Assembly: GCA_001949185.1 (NCBI GenBank) | Contig: BDGG01000003.1 | Location: 845,577 to 909,576 of the forward strand | Origin: Ramazzottius varieornatus | Taxonomy: Eukaryota; Animalia; Tardigrada | DNA length: 64,000 bases | Reading direction: 5' to 3' | Shown here: positions 12,601 to 26,475 of the stretch, piece after piece | Layout of the letters: each line of letters begins with the position of its first letter | Position numbering within the stretch: the stretch's first letter is position 1 | The notes under the pieces: model-generated | Databases searched by the model: none | Seen by the model: only the letters and a program-made list of their open reading frames with translations | Told to the model about the DNA's origin: nothing | Program-made: the position numbers and the translations under genes

Positions 12601-15340
12601 CTCGTGGTCAAAATCATGCAAAAAACCGTGGGTAAGCCTTGTACGGCTTCTCTCAGACGCCAGGTCGTAGACTGCATTAATACCCTAATGTCTTGCATCG
12701 TCGCAGCCATATCCAAATCTGCTTTCTAATTACACACAATTTGACGTGCAATTACAACCTGACTCTGTTCGTCATGTTCCCGGAAGATCGCGACCGCAAA
12801 AAGAAATGACGTATGCAATCAAAATCGAAACCGGAAGTCTATCCTGGCTGGAATTGACCAATTAAAGTGCTGCACAACGTCCGAATGCTCGGTGAAATTA
12901 GTGGAATATTGTAAGATTACGCCGGGAGTTAATTTCGCAAAGTCTTCCTTCACTAATTAATCAGTTCTGGCTTTTCTGGTAGTCCCTTAACCGGTATTAC
13001 TGTTCGGCCATATTGCAATTGGTACCTGGATAGAGGAGAAGGTCAGTGCAAGGATCCAAATCATCCCGATGACGAACTTGCCCTTTCGCTTTGTCAGCCT
13101 TGCCTTCAGCGGTCTTGTCACGAAGAGATACCGGTCAACTCCAATGGCCATCAGAGTGAAGACCGAAGCGATGACCGAGGAAAGCTGTAGGAAGAGGACG
13201 ATGGGGCAGAGTAGATCGGGGAACTGCCAGTGATGCTTGACCACCTGCGACATGGTGAATGGCATGCAGAAGACCGACAGGACAATGTCCGAGAAGGCCA
13301 GGTTGACCAGGAAGATGGATAGGTCCGACTTCCAGCGACGTCCGAAGAGAAAAACCAGGATGACGGCCAGGTTACCACCCACGGCAAGAACAATCGCAGC
13401 GCCGTACAAGCACATGAAAAAGGCCTGTAAAACATTAATAGAGTTATAGTCGCATCAGTTAGAATGCGCTTTCTACATATTGATTGTTTTATCGGGTGTT
13501 TTGATGGACTTCGTTTATTCAATTGACTTGTATGAAGAGTCGATCTGCGCCGAAATCCTCTCCTTTGATTGAATATATGGATCGATTGAATAACCTGATT
13601 TTAAGAAACTTGCATGTTAGACTAGACAATTCCTCCACATGTTTCTCATCCGCCCATACTGACATCACGAAACATAAGATGCAACGATTAAGTTCGCCAT
13701 AAGGCACCTTGCGTGTTCCACGAAAGCGTTAGAAATTGGACCAAATCAATTGGGAAAAAAATTTTAATCGTCCGAAAATCAGTCTTTTCTTTGCTTCTAA
13801 ATTCCATAATCCCTGCTCTCGGAATATTAAGATCTTCAAGGAGCAGGTTTATCATCCGGGACCACTTTTCACTACNNNNNNNNNNNNNNNNNNNNNNNNN
13901 NNNNNNNNNNNNNNNNNNNNNNNNNCCTCGTAATCAAAGGTTGAGTCTGATCAAGTGGACGGATCTTGAAAATCTGTTGCGAGTCTGTCTCTGGTTTTCA
14001 ACGGTTCCGCTTCCATACGTTCGGTAGATCAACCTTAGATCTTGCGATCTGCAAATATTTCATGGTGGCAAATGTGATCGCTTGATTAAGGTGATCAAGA
14101 GAGAACCGCTTAAACCTAACCTTCATAAACAAAACAATTCTACCGGGCGTTCGAAATTTCGAATCACATCAAACGATTTCTCGACGATAGATGAATTAAC
14201 GATTACGCTAGTTTATACAGGATGTCCAAGCCAACTTGCTCCAAGCCAAGCCAACCCATAAAACTGGCGTTTCCATCTGGATTATTACTCATCTGTGAGG
14301 CTGATTTTCTATGATACAAACTATTTGCCACCTCCAAAAAGTTGGGTGGCCAGAAATCTGTTCACAATAAGTCGAAATCGACATGAAACCGTGGAAGGTG
14401 CAGAACTGCAAAATCCGTCCACTTGATCAGACTCACCCTGTAGTTTGGTCAATTATCTAAAGCTTTCGGCAAAAACGCGAAGTGCCTATCATAATTGATC
14501 TGTTGCAAGTTTTGATTGGAATGACCATTTTTAACTTTGTTTTTGGGGGAAAAGCGATCCCGCGTTTTAGCGTACGTAAAACCAAAATGTTTCCTTCCTG
14601 TTGGACCTGAATCCGGCAGGACGTTTTGCAAGTCAGATGTCGGGACCCGTCAGAATTCGACGTGAGCCGGAAAGAAAAAGCAAAAGCCGGATAGGACGTT
14701 AAAGGTCCGATTAGCATGAACATTGGGACCACGCATCTGGCCTAGTTATAGAGCGGGAAAGAACTATAGGCCACCCGTTCATCTCGGCGATCCTTGACTC
14801 GTTAACACCACTGGAGTTTATTCTCATAGCTTATGCATCTGGGAAGTCCCCTAGATAAAACCCAAACAGTCGGCCTTCTGGCTGGCTCAAGAACCGGGGA
14901 TCCATGGTGTCGCGGCCCATGATTAGGCCAGGTGCGTGTAACACCATTAACTATATATCCAGGCATAGCAGTTTAACTGCAAATGTGATGCAGTAGTTGA
15001 TTTCGATAGCAGTACATCGATATTCCTGTCAATCACATTATTCATCATGTGCCTGCGTGGGTTACCGTACTCGTACCTGTTCTTCGACAGACATTTCCAG
15101 GGGTGATGCGGGGGCGACATCTTGTTCATCGCTGGTGTTCCGGTTGACGCTGGCAAGAAGAGCCAGAAAGTCCTGCAAGGATTTCCCGTTGACCGCTAGC
15201 GAGCTATCTTGTTCAGCATCAAGGACCGCTTCATCTCCCGAGGCCGAAGACAAGAAATGTTTCTCGAAGAGCTGACGAATATGATCATGAGGTGCAGCGG
15301 AGGGAGTAGTTCTCTCCGTGCTAATGTTGTGGAGATCCAT
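9637..15340 (-). CDS. Class A (rhodopsin-like) neuropeptide GPCR, tachykinin/RYamide/NPY-receptor-like
   Basis: Exons 15340-15077, 13424-13026, 11572-11201, 11095-10871, 10125-9637, all joined in phase 0. Motifs: GN (TM1), NLAFSD, W.F...LC, VDRY, CWFP, NPIIY-SFMNQNFR. Confidence 0.92.
10212..10332. repeat. Palindromic 12-23-12 repeat, tandem pair (locus C), last intron of the GPCR
   Basis: aaatgacgcacg-N23-cgttcgccacat (10212-10258) and aggtggcgcacg-N23-cgtgcgccactg (10286-10332); period 74 bp. The upstream linker ttcacccagatc is shared with locus B. Confidence 0.85.
10371..10588. mobile_element. Degenerate MITE-like foldback element
   Basis: Nested imperfect inverted repeats: agttagtcttgagg/cctcgtactaatt, ggagtggccaccc/gggtggacactcc, aattgaacgtagcgctacgttg/caatgtagtgctacggccaatt. 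Confidence 0.5.
13876..13925. other. Assembly gap (50 N)
   Basis: Run of n in sequence. Confidence 0.99.
13937..14440. mobile_element. Non-autonomous Tc1/mariner-type element (MITE), ~500 bp
   Basis: TIRs aggttgagtctgatcaagtggacggat and atccgtccacttgatcagactcaccctg followed by TA; CAGGGTG-type terminus. Confidence 0.65.
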
Positions 15341-16139
15341 TAGGATGAGGACACTTCGGAGGGGATCGGCTACTAGATGGTTCGATTAACTTTTCGCACC
15401 AGTTCCCAGGTCTATTCGCGCACGGCCAAAAAGTTCGGTGATACCGGGGAAGAAACGCGTGGAAGAAGACTCTGGTTCCTTGGGCTGTCTTTTCAAGGAA
15501 TGACGAAGGACTAGATGCCCACTCTTGCGGATGTGACAACTGCAGTTGATGATTAAAGAGAATGGGATGACATGAAGGCGTTGTTGAGGATGAAAAATAA
15601 TGTCATGAAGAATGCTGCGCAAAGCAGGGCAGCGACAGCATTCGTACAGAAAGAACTCACAGTGAATGAACGAGGGCTCCTTATTCTCCCATCAAGTCAC
15701 GAACTGCGCAGGCGAAAGCGCCGACAGCGTCTCATCTCGTGTCTTACCGCCGTTGAAACTTGTTTTCCCGCTTCTTAAGCTGTGCTTCTTAAGATCGTCT
15801 CAGTCGGGATATCGTAGGCAAATGGGCTTTGTGGGAAGAGCTGCGAGCTCACAGGAAATTTCTCATTCCGACGGGCGTCAATTTAGAATGGCATACTGCC
15901 ATTAAAGAAACCCTCTTCCAGTGTACAGTAGAAGGACCTTGCACCGTGCAGACACTAGACGCCCTTTTCCCTATAGCAGCTCTTAGGACCAATGCGCATT
16001 ATCTTTTCAGTATCGGTTACCCTTTACCGCTCACGTTTTCAGGGGTTACACCCTTAGTGCAAATATTTACTTGATTTTTCTGGATTTGGCACGGTACGTA
16101 TAGCACGAAAGCAAGTGAGTTGAGCCAAATCCTTATCTG

Positions 16140-16260
16140 AAGTAGCGCCAGTTGTCGGTGATATCAGAGGGCCAAGTGCGCCACTTGGGATGGCGATTCT
16201 GTCGAGCTCGTCCACGTGGCGCACGTCTCTATTGTAACCGAAAGGAAGGGTGCGCCACTG
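16140..16260. repeat. Palindromic 12-23-12 repeat, tandem pair (locus D), upstream of the GPCR ATG (possibly a 5'UTR intron)
   Basis: aagtagcgccag-N23-agtgcgccactt (16140-16186) and acgtggcgcacg-N23-ggtgcgccactg (16214-16260); period 74 bp. Confidence 0.85.
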
Positions 16261-17560
16261 GGAGTACGATGTGGTCCAATTCGTTTGCCCATGCCCCATG
16301 TACTATACTACCTTCGTCCTGAAAGACGGCGTAGTTCAGAATACGTCTACGTATGTTGAAGTACCTAGGTCTCCCATAAACCTCCATCAGCCCACGATTT
16401 GGGTCCAGTGGGTTTGATGAGGCGTACCAGATCGTTGTTTAATATACTCGAAAGCACATGGTACATCGTGATCGAGCTCCACGTAATGAGTCGATAAAAG
16501 TAGTAGGCGTGGACAGCGAGTTTGGCTGTCTGCAGGCAGATTGCAAGGGACTTGGTAAGCTTAAGAGCTCCTTTAAAGCTTGCTCCTGCCAGCTCCCGGC
16601 TGTGGACGCCATCAATCAGCACTACACAGACTACTTCCTCGGCTTAACAAGCCTCGTTGTACACTCAATAGAGTAAGCACAATGGGAAATCACTAAAAGG
16701 CAACCAAAAATAGGCTTGTTATTGTAGCGAATCTTTACATCTGTATCACCATCCAAAGCCTTGGACGATCGTCTGAATTCATACTATTGCCGAATCTCTT
16801 CTGACAATGGCAACATTGGATCCGCCGTCTGACCGCCGATGTCTGCAGCAATTTTCTCCACCTAACAGACTTCTAAGTTTCAGTTCCTCCCAAAAGTCGG
16901 AGGGTGCCAGAATTCAGTCCCAGAGCTTACAGAGGTACTGCGGTAGTGAAACCGGACTTGCAAGTTTACTTTCCGTCACGCGTGCCCAATTCATGTTCAG
17001 GCGGCACCTCACGATTCGACTCTGATCGATCCTGCCCGGAAACTAAAGTCGTATCAGATTGAAGGGAAACTTGATAGAGGAAATGACCGAAATGAAATTG
17101 TGCTCACGAAGCACTCACTAGGTCGTGCAGATTTGATTGAGTAATCATCGTGGATTCCAGTAAGTCTTCGTAAGCATCACGATACGCAGGTACTAAGAGA
17201 GTCAGACATGCAGAGGGCAGCACACAGTGCATAGAATAAATATGAGTTTGATGAAGTACTGTCTAATGAACCAAATCTCGGATAGATCCAATCATCTTCC
17301 TGGAAAGCCATGAGCCGGAAACACTGCAGGATTAACCAATGGTAAGCAACATAGAAAAGCCAAAATAATAATGTAACATCTCCCGCAAAACTCCCCATGG
17401 CGCCAAATTAACTTCCCGCTCGGTACATCGAACTTTATGGGTCTCCTGGCTGCAGATAGATGGTCATTTCCTCAATCTTGCTATTACTGGAAAAGCAACA
17501 CGGGATAGTTACAATTTTGAAGGAATGTTCCACTTGGTCTTTGGCATCGGTTCGACTTAC

Positions 17561-18311
17561 CACGGGACCAAAAAGGTGAAGGAAGCTTCATAAAACTGGC
17601 TTCTGTCCAATCCACCTTCCGGTTTCGGTTCGTCTTCACCGACGCTCTTTGCGCTTCCACCAAGCGACAAAGCCTCTGATGCGCCACATCTCGGGGCATC
17701 TGTCATGCCATTTGCGGAGGTGGCTTGCATCTTATCCTTCCACCCGTAACGCTGGGAAGCTCTTTGTCGGCTACTGATACGGTCTTTGAGACGTTGCGTG
17801 GTTCCATCACTCCTGTCGACCAGAGCCGCGTTCAGCCCGTCGTTGGAGGCGTCAGTATATATCACATTCAAGCCGTCCTTGTATTCATCTTTATACACCC
17901 TCGTCATTCCATCCAACAGCTCGTCATCAACGACATCCTTCGGACCACGTTTATTCCCTCCGTTGTCCTTCAATCCATCTTTGGGACCGTAATGTATAAG
18001 CGCGTCTTGTCGGCAAGCGATCACCACGGTGGAGCGCGTCAGGATGGAGACGATGTGTTCGGCCAGGCGCTTGGGAGTGGGTGGTGCCACCTGCGAGTCG
18101 GCTTCTTGGAGAACTCGCACGGGTCTGACGAAGGTACGCTGGTCGATAGCCAGCGGTCCCCCGACGGAGTAGCGCACCTGCTTCAGGTTGGGGGAAATTG
18201 CCCTTCTACCGTCGGTGCTTGACGGGGCCGACTGGTCGCTGAGTGGACATGAGGGACTTTCTGAAGTGCGTTCATCAGGGAGTAATTCCGGATCGGAGAC
18301 CTCCGCAGCAC
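17561..18311 (-). CDS. Probable large exon of an uncharacterised, low-complexity protein
   Basis: About 250 open codons bounded by a plausible acceptor (ccatttag) and a GTAAGT donor; no recognisable domain. Confidence 0.4.
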
Positions 18312-19789
18312 TAAATGGACAGAATACAGACATTAAGTTGCCACCGCCAGATGAAAGTCCCACTGTAGCTAAGATGAGTTGCAACGTCACTCATAAGCGC
18401 AGCAGCTGATCAGAACTTTGAATAGTTGGGCAGCCACCATGCTTCCCAATGCTAGCCAACCGTGACTCCGATTACGCTATTTTGCGAAAATAAGGGGAGC
18501 TCCGGAAAGCAAAATGTAGTTACACGTCACGAAAGGGGCGGACCAAGGCCGTAGCTACAGTTGCAAACTGAACGGGAGTAGCAACTTAATCTCTGTATTA
18601 CAGATACATCACACGGTATCCGACCTACTGATTTTCCTTCGCACTACGCGGGTACAGTGCGAAGAAACTTCATGATATGACCGAAGATTATTCAGGATAA
18701 TGAATACTTTGCTTTTGGTTGGCTTCCTTCTTGGGAACCTGTAATTGATTGAATTAGTCCGGTGTTGGGTTTTGCGTCAATGGTCAAGAACGGTTTACTT
18801 ACCAGCTCGAGCCATCTGTAGAGCTTTGGCTATTAAACTTTTGCCCAGCCATTCGTATTCCGCCTATAATGAGCACACCCAAGCTTCAGTGGCAGTCAGC
18901 AAAGGATTCCAATCGGAGATAAGGATGGAGTACGAGAACGGTATAGCAATCACACTTCATCCTATCGATTTACCTTAATAACATTCTGCAAAAAATCCAG
19001 CTGAGGTGGATGAAGAGACTTACCCGATTCCTTGCTTTGCGACAAACGAGGCTTTCCGCTTCAGCAGGACTCTTTGGCAAAAGACTCCCATAAGTTCGCG
19101 CGATCTGTTCTCTGGAAAATAGACACGCGGTGGAATATTTGATCAAGTGACGTAAAGCATGACTATTAATTGACAGAAAGCTGGCAAGAGGAGATTTACA
19201 GCTGATCGGTGAGCCAGCGTCGACTGCTGGCGGGTATGATAGCATCCATGGTAGAATAAACTTCATGAAATGCGTCCTGCACAAACCGATGACGTCGACG
19301 TCGACGTGGGTAAGAGTTTATGCACGTGTAGTCTACCCGTACTACATACTCTCCAACAACTGCAAAGTGAACAACTGCGTGAACCCAGAAAACTTTACTT
19401 GTTTTATTTACTTATTGCTCCAGACCATTCACATGTAAGTGTAACAGCGTACCTATATGAGGAGTATCATCGTTGCTGTTTCCGTAAAAATACAACATGA
19501 CAATGACGAACTCGTGGGGCAGTTTCAAAGGTGGACTAGTGCAAACATAATGCTAAGAGTATGCAGAGAATAATGGACTAACTTAGAACAACGATGATGC
19601 GAGTATGTCGTGATCAGAACTCTATCAGAATTGGACAGATCCGTGGGAGAAAGATCGGGAGGAACAACTGGACAAAGATGACAAGTTGTATCGCCGAGTA
19701 TCTGAACCGATTGTAAAGGATGAAGAGAAATTAGGGGAATGAGAAGGTGGAATAAACCTACATTCGAACTCGGATACCATTGGTGTTGG

Positions 19790-20040
19790 CCATACTAAAT
19801 ATTGTGAGTGAGTGACTGAGTGAGTGACTGAGTGAGTGTGTAACGAGTGAGATATAGGCTACCAATTTCAGCGCGCGCGATTCCTCGCATGGGGAGAAAC
19901 CCAGAGCTGTTACGCGCGGTATTGAGCGGGTTTATTCCAAGTGGTGCATGATGCGCGTTTCTGCGTATCGCGCGAACGTCCACCGTAATCCAGCGTCGAC
20001 TGGGGAAAACCCAAGCCGGATAAGCCGGCATAAACTCGTA
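19790..20040 (+). mobile_element. Non-autonomous Helitron-like element with internal (TGAG/TGAC)n microsatellite
   Basis: 5' catactaaatatt followed by a tetranucleotide microsatellite; 3' GC-rich hairpin gccgg-ataag-ccggc (20015-20029) about 6 nt before CTCG|T (canonical end is CTRR). Confidence 0.5.
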
Positions 20041-21540
20041 CTCGCCCAATAACCCCGAAGACAGTTTCGATCGAGGTATGGTTCGGAAGTGCTCCTCCCT
20101 CCGCAGTAGCAGTAATGATTACGATGTCACTTTGTTAATTGCAAACAAAACGAAAACACACGAGCAAAGTCGGCCTGTTATCCGAGCGCTTAGCCCGAAA
20201 ATCATTGGTTTAGGAATACCCGACGCTGTTCGAGATAACATAAAAATAATTCAAGGATGGGCATTCCGCCTGGCGTTCTCTCTGGCTGAAGCATAACAGT
20301 ACGCCAATTAATCGCAAACAGTCGGGAATTCACGCTGGAGAACCGATTTTCACAAGCGGAATTCCCATTTCATGCTTATTTTCCGATTCGGAATTCCAGC
20401 GGTCCAAAATCCAACTCGGGTTCGGCCGGTACGAAGCGGAATTCTTATTTTCCAGGCGAAGTTAGGAACGGAACGGAAAACGGAATGCCGTCCTTGTTTG
20501 TGAGCAGCGAGCTTCCAGCCTTTTTCTCCTCTTTTTCTTCATTTGCCTGAAGAATCAATTTCACTTCGAACCACAGTATAAATAAGGGCCCTGGATAGTG
20601 ACTCTGCAAAACTGTGGATTTACTTCCATTCTCGATGGAAGTTCGCCGTAGGTAGTAAAATATTTCTCAGCCAGGCTCTCAGTTAGTTCAGAGTCTCCAG
20701 AAGAACTTTAGCCCCGAGCCAAACAGTTTCGAATCTCTTGCCAACTTAAAGTCCGTGAGAAGGATCTGCATAATGGTTAAGAAGATACCATGAAGCTTGG
20801 CGGTTTTGGGTCCGTAGTGACGCAATGAACTTCATATCCCCAAATTTCGGTCAATCGACGAAGTGGCCATTGGTTCAATCCAGCACCACCACCGCGTTTA
20901 ACCAGTTTAAAAGAGACGATACCGCGAAAGTGACTCTTGCATCATATTGCGGAAGCTCGAAATCGCGTGGTGCTTAAGGTGTTGAGTATCTAGCCATCCG
21001 TTGCTTTTGCCTTCGGGTACGTACAAGGTGAAGATGCCGAATTTTTCAGGTCCGATAACTATGTACAGCGAGATTAGTCTACACTGTTCGGTGGGTTTGT
21101 CTTGGGGCCAGGCTAGTATGGATGTACCGGTCGCAAACAGGGAATGGCTTGTCAAACATCACTGGGGGTGGGGAGGCAAAATTTGGCAGGCGGATACAGA
21201 TTACTCTACCGGTACGTCCATGCCAGCCTGCTGGGAGCTCTTGCCCGCCGTGATTTAGACGGTGAGAGTATACGACATTGCACAGTCAACTCAAAGTGTA
21301 ACTTCGAAAGTTGCCATAGTTTCCTACGGGACGAAGACTGACATGGCCCGATTTCCTGCCCCGAAAGACCAGCACATCGGGCTGTCTTGTCTATACACCT
21401 TGAACGATGAGCAGATCGTCTATCGAGCAAACATTATCGCAAGCTATTGCAGAAAGTACCCGAGTCATCCCATACGAATCCCTTGTCGTCCCGTGCCGCC
21501 ACGCCCAAGGTCGCACTCGCCTCTTTGAACGGCTTTGGCA

Positions 21541-23506
21541 ATGGCTGGTTTGTTGGCGGACCCTTACCACAGCAGAGGAATAGGTCTGGTCGTTTCCGTG
21601 TACGGAATGCTCGTTATGCTCGGAGATATGACGACCGATGTCTGGATTGCGTCCAGTCACTTTGGGGGAGGCCATGATAGTTGGTCGTACCTAGCCATAG
21701 CGTTCTTCTTTATACCCATCATCTTCGCCCTGGGATACACGGTGATCCTACGGGGATATGAACGATGGTTCCAGGTACATCCTGTTGGACTCTTTTATTG
21801 GTAACTGCGTTCGTCAAAGTGCCACGGAGGGCGTGACCGACGCTCTGTTCTTCCGGTTGCAGGTCTTGCAGGTCGATTCAAGCACGAAGACGGCAGTTCA
21901 CTTTCCGGAACGCTCAAACTGGCGACGATGCTACATCTTTCATTCATTACATCCATGAGGTAGTGGCATCATAACTGTCTATCTGTGGGCAAATGATGCT
22001 GACCATCTCGGGTTTCTAAGTGACGCATACTTTGAGTTCATAACAGCGAGACGTGCGCCACCTGAGTCAGGGATCCGGATATAATTCAACTCGTTTGCCG
22101 ACGACCCAGTTTAACCAGTGGACGAAACTTCTATCCGTTTTACTATTCAGGTAGAGCGATGCCAAAAGCGTTACCGATATTCCTCGGCCGATGAATGTTA
22201 CGTCGAAGCCTTTCCCGAATGTATCCTCCAAGGGTACTTCATCGCACGGTTACTCTCGCGCGTCGACGTTCACCCTGAAGAGTATTGTCAAGAAGTCTCT
22301 TGGTCCATGTGGATCTCACTACTCGTCTCCGCAATATCCCTGGTCAGTTTCGAGAGTTCCGTTGCCTATAATCGACAATACGCCAACACGCTCTTTGAAC
22401 CTTCCAAACTGGACATCCTCGTCCGGATCATACTTGACTTCATGACGCTACTTCCTCGTCTCGCTTCCATTGCATGTTTCTGCACGGTTACACCCCGTGT
22501 CGTCGCAGTTTGCTCCTTCATCGTCCTGCATACTATCGTTGTGTTCATCTGGTTGGTGCTTTCCTCGACTCATCGTCAACCTATCCCGAGAGAAGCCATA
22601 CTCCTCGAGGAGGAACAGGAAGAAGACTTGGACACGGCGTTCGAAGACTTTCGTGGGTACAAAAAGCACCGAGCGAACGCCATCAACCACCTTCGCGCCA
22701 CCATCGTCAGCTTCCTGTTTCCGCCAACATGCTCTTGGCACATGTTAGAAGCCCAGCGAATCAGTGCTTCCAGGAACGTGGTACATCCACGATCGAACAG
22801 ATCGACGATGCAACTAGTCCGCCGTGGGTCTCCGAAGCAGTTTTGGATGTGGAGCATCTTTCAGTTTCTAGAGAGCGGCGCGTTGTTCGGGGTGTGGCTT
22901 TATTATACCTGGATGCACACCCATGAACTGAACCAGATACTCCTGCCGACGTTGTCGTTGACTTGCTTGGCGCTACGACCGTTCTGTGACGTGGTCTGTC
23001 AGATGAAACTCCTGACACCGTTGGCACAAGACGAAGTCCAGAACTGTGTACGTTTTAAAGGTATTAGAATTCTCTGCCTAACAACCCCAGTGCCGTTAGT
23101 CTTGAGCCAAGACCCCTGCAGACAACTTCGACAAGATCGTTCTTTCACGCTGCAAACGCTCCTTGTGGAATGGTGCGTCGCTTGGGAAACGATCTGGGCA
23201 AATAACCTCGACGAGATGATTTTCCGAAGTGGCGCACCTTTCCGGTGTTGCTGGCTGTAAGCGTGCGCCACCCGGAAGAATGGTCTTGTCGAGTTTCTTC
23301 GGCAGGCTCCCAGTTGATCGGCCTTCGTTCTAGGTGTTTTGGCCAAGACCAGGATTCTTCAAGTTGGTACTGACCTCGTCAACAGTATTGCAGCCGACCT
23401 GCTGCCAAAGCTGAGCAAAGCGAGTACCTTACTTCACGAAGAACCCGACGAAAAGAAGACAACAGAAATCAAGATCGAGCTCGACAGCATAGCAGAAGAA
23501 TTCTAA
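21541..23506 (+). CDS. XK-related (XKR family) membrane protein, possibly degenerate
   Basis: GDMTTDVW (XK D..TD motif), YVEAFPECILQ (cf. EAFLESAPQLILQ), LLPRLASIACF, multiple TM segments. Exons ~21541-21800, 21863-21959, 22151-23060, 23334-23506. Confidence 0.7.
22018..22063. repeat. Palindromic 12-22-12 repeat unit (locus E), intron of XK gene
   Basis: aagtgacgcata-N22-cgtgcgccacct. Confidence 0.75.
23138..23273. repeat. Palindromic 12-23-12 repeat (locus F) plus a degenerate upstream unit, intron of XK gene
   Basis: aagtggcgcacc-N23-cgtgcgccaccc (23227-23273); half-unit ggtgcgtcgctt at 23172-23183. Confidence 0.8.
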
Positions 23507-24034
23507 CCTCAGAAAAGCGTACTTCAATACAGAAAGCAACGGAGCCACGCCCATATGCCGGACAGTAACAAGATGGCCACAAGTTCTGGGCCGAAGACCC
23601 AGCGGTTGATGCTGGAAGGCTCGAAAACTGATGTGGACTTTTTGTTGAAGGTTTCTCAGCAAGCCGAACAGTGGGCGCATGTGCTGAGCGAAAAGAGACC
23701 GCAAGTTCTTCAGGGCGTACACGATTTCATCACCCTATGTCAAGGTAAGCTTGCTGTAGCAATGTACTTGCTCTCTTGGGGTACATCTAATGGTGAAAAT
23801 TCGTAGCTAGGCTGAGTTTGTGGGAGAAAGTTTTCGTGGCCTGTATTTGCCATCAGTACCTGCCGGAAGAATTCCACATGGAGCCAAAGAGCGACACCAA
23901 GCTAGGTGAAGCCATTTCGGCCAAAAGCTTCAAAAACGAATGCGGGACGAATCTTTGTACCGACTACACGAAACTGATTCGATGGAACAAACGCTCTCGT
24001 ACGATTCACTCATTATCCCATTGACAGGAAGAAA

Positions 24035-24194
24035 TACTGTAGTGCTCCTACATTAACATGCACTCAACCACGTGAACAGTAAATGATGCCCGGGTGAGAG
24101 TCACACAGGCTACACTGATAACATCTGATCATACTGGACAACAATGCCTCATCATGTGGTTGAGTGCGCGTTAATTTGGGAGCACTATACAGTA
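24035..24194. mobile_element. MITE, ~160 bp with ~38-bp TIRs
   Basis: tactgtagtgctcctacattaacatgcactcaaccac ... gtggttgagtgcgcgttaatttgggagcactatacagta. Confidence 0.75.
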
Positions 24195-24415
24195 ACTAGC
24201 GGACACTGATACCATTTGACTACGATGTTTCTTAACTTCTATGATATCCTGTAAGTCATTTGTCACAGTTCAAAGGCAGACCAAAATAGATCACCGGGAA
24301 AAATGATACACTTCGGAAAACAACAAAGAACTTTAACAAAACAGTCCCTGGGAACTTCAATATTGCCAATCATTCTCATTCTACTCTGGCCTTCTTTCTG
24401 CCGGTTGAGTAACTT

Positions 24416-26420
24416 CTACTTCCGACCCTTATCCCGCCCACCATGACTGTAAATCTTCAAGGCTATCACACCCTTCCTCAGGGCTTTCAAGTCTTCCCTG
24501 GCCAGAATCTTGCTCCCCAAAGCTGCCTGGATCGTGCTCCTGCTTCCTCCGAGATCCGTTCCCGCCAAGTCTGCGTCGTGCCCGCTACATGACCACGCCA
24601 TGACGATGTGCTGTCAGCAATGACGAGAATCGGCTGACCGCCTTGCGTTTCCTTGTAGTTGGCAGTGATGCTGAGCACAAATGGCATCACTTCAGTCGCT
24701 GAGTGAACGGTGTTCTGTCCGAACGAAAAGGAGAAGATGTCGTCCGAATCGGAGAGCGCTTCTGCCGTCTGCCCGGTCGACGTAATGACGGTGTGGACTG
24801 CCACCACTGCGCGAGCTGCAAAAGGGGAACGTTGACCGAAAGGGTGAGACTGGTTTCAAGATAAATTTCAAGTCTGTAAAACCAACGTACCGGTCATGAA
24901 AATGTGCATAATCCAACCGTTGCTCAGCGCTCTGTTATTCCAATTCAAAACCCGGTCGAAATCAAAGTTGACTAGCTCCGGCCACAGTTCTATATGAAAT
25001 TCCTGGACTTCATCCACGGACAGCGTTTCACGCCATCGAATCCACTGCGGCGCCGTCGGTATCCATTGCCGGTAGCGCTCCTGAAAAACTGAAACCATAC
25101 ACCATAGTTACATAGTCGTCCTTAATTTGGCCAATCAAATGCTGTTAACTTGTTTAGAAATGGAGGAAAAATAGTCAGTGAGAAACAGTCAAAAATCAAG
25201 CGTTCAGAAAATACCGGATGAAAAATCGAAGAAAACTAAGTCGTCCTTTTCTTCCTCTTCCAAACTGCAGAGTTTGCAGACCAGGTCGTGCCGGTGAGAC
25301 AAACTACACACGTCTTGCCTACCGCTATGTTCTTAGCCCACTTGTTGGCCTGACGTCACAAGAAGACAATTTCGGTCAATGCCAAGTTGCTAAACCTCGA
25401 CACCGAAACCATAATGAAATGTCAACAGCGCGTAAAGAAACGTCACACACCACAAACTAACTTCCGCTATTCCGGCCTTGACGTGGGCTCGATAACGTAA
25501 CACAATTGCTTGGTCTTCCTTCGAGAAATTATTCTGCTGGGAAAAGTGCTCCTTCACGAGCTTGGGCGGCGTTCGTAAGATGTAGTCATCCGATAACTCG
25601 TGGGCGCAAGCAGGTTTCTTCAAACGTTTCGACGACACGACTTTAGCCAAGGTTTCCGGTGTGTAAGCCAGCCGCGTACGACAACCTCATGGTGACGCTC
25701 TCCGCTTGACATTTTCGTCTTCCGTCTCGCAACTGCTCGTTTCCGATCCAGCTTGGTCATCATCATCTTCATCGTCACTTTCATCGTCGATGTCCGCGCC
25801 GTTTGGCTCGTAATCCGACCCTTCATCATCATCATTTAGGATAAACGGGACGAAAAGCATCACCCAGCTTACTACCAACGTCGCCCTACGTATAGCACTG
25901 AACTGAGCTTGCATTCCCGAATAACGCACCTTTGCACCGGAAGTGCTTCTTCTGGAAGCTCGCCATCTTGTTCCTCGACTTTCTTCAGTTCCTCCTCACT
26001 CTCTGGACTACTACTACAAGGACAAACACGCCTGTCATGTCAAAACTTGGGTTGGGAGTAACTAGGGTTCAGTGGCTTGGGAGCGACACGGTGAGGCCCC
26101 TACCGCGCACATAATATTCGGTTAGATTGCTGTACTTTTTTTTACCAACGACTAAATCGTTCATCCACGAATGACCATGCATTTAGTCGTCTGCGGATGA
26201 CTATTATTCTGCCGCTTACGAAACATGGAACGAAAAGTATATCGGTTCTGTTTTACTTCTCGCAGTGTATTGCACCAGCACTACTAACACTGCTACTGCA
26301 CTAACCACATACCTATGCAGATCATCCACCATAAGTAACTCTACCGACAAATGGTCGCCTTCTTCATCACCGTCTTCTTCGCCGACTTTCCCCACCTCTT
26401 CGGTGGGCTCTTCCTCGTCA
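24416..26420 (-). pseudogene. Disrupted multi-exon gene with an acidic N-terminal region; product unknown
   Basis: Exon-like segments with splice signals. In-frame TGA at 25689-25687 between ORFs 25929-25687 and 25650-25390 (same frame). Apparent frameshift near 24600. Confidence 0.4.
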
Positions 26421-26475
26421 CTACAAAGACGAACAGTAACGTTGCGTCGGAGCGTGGTTTGGAGATAACTGTGGA

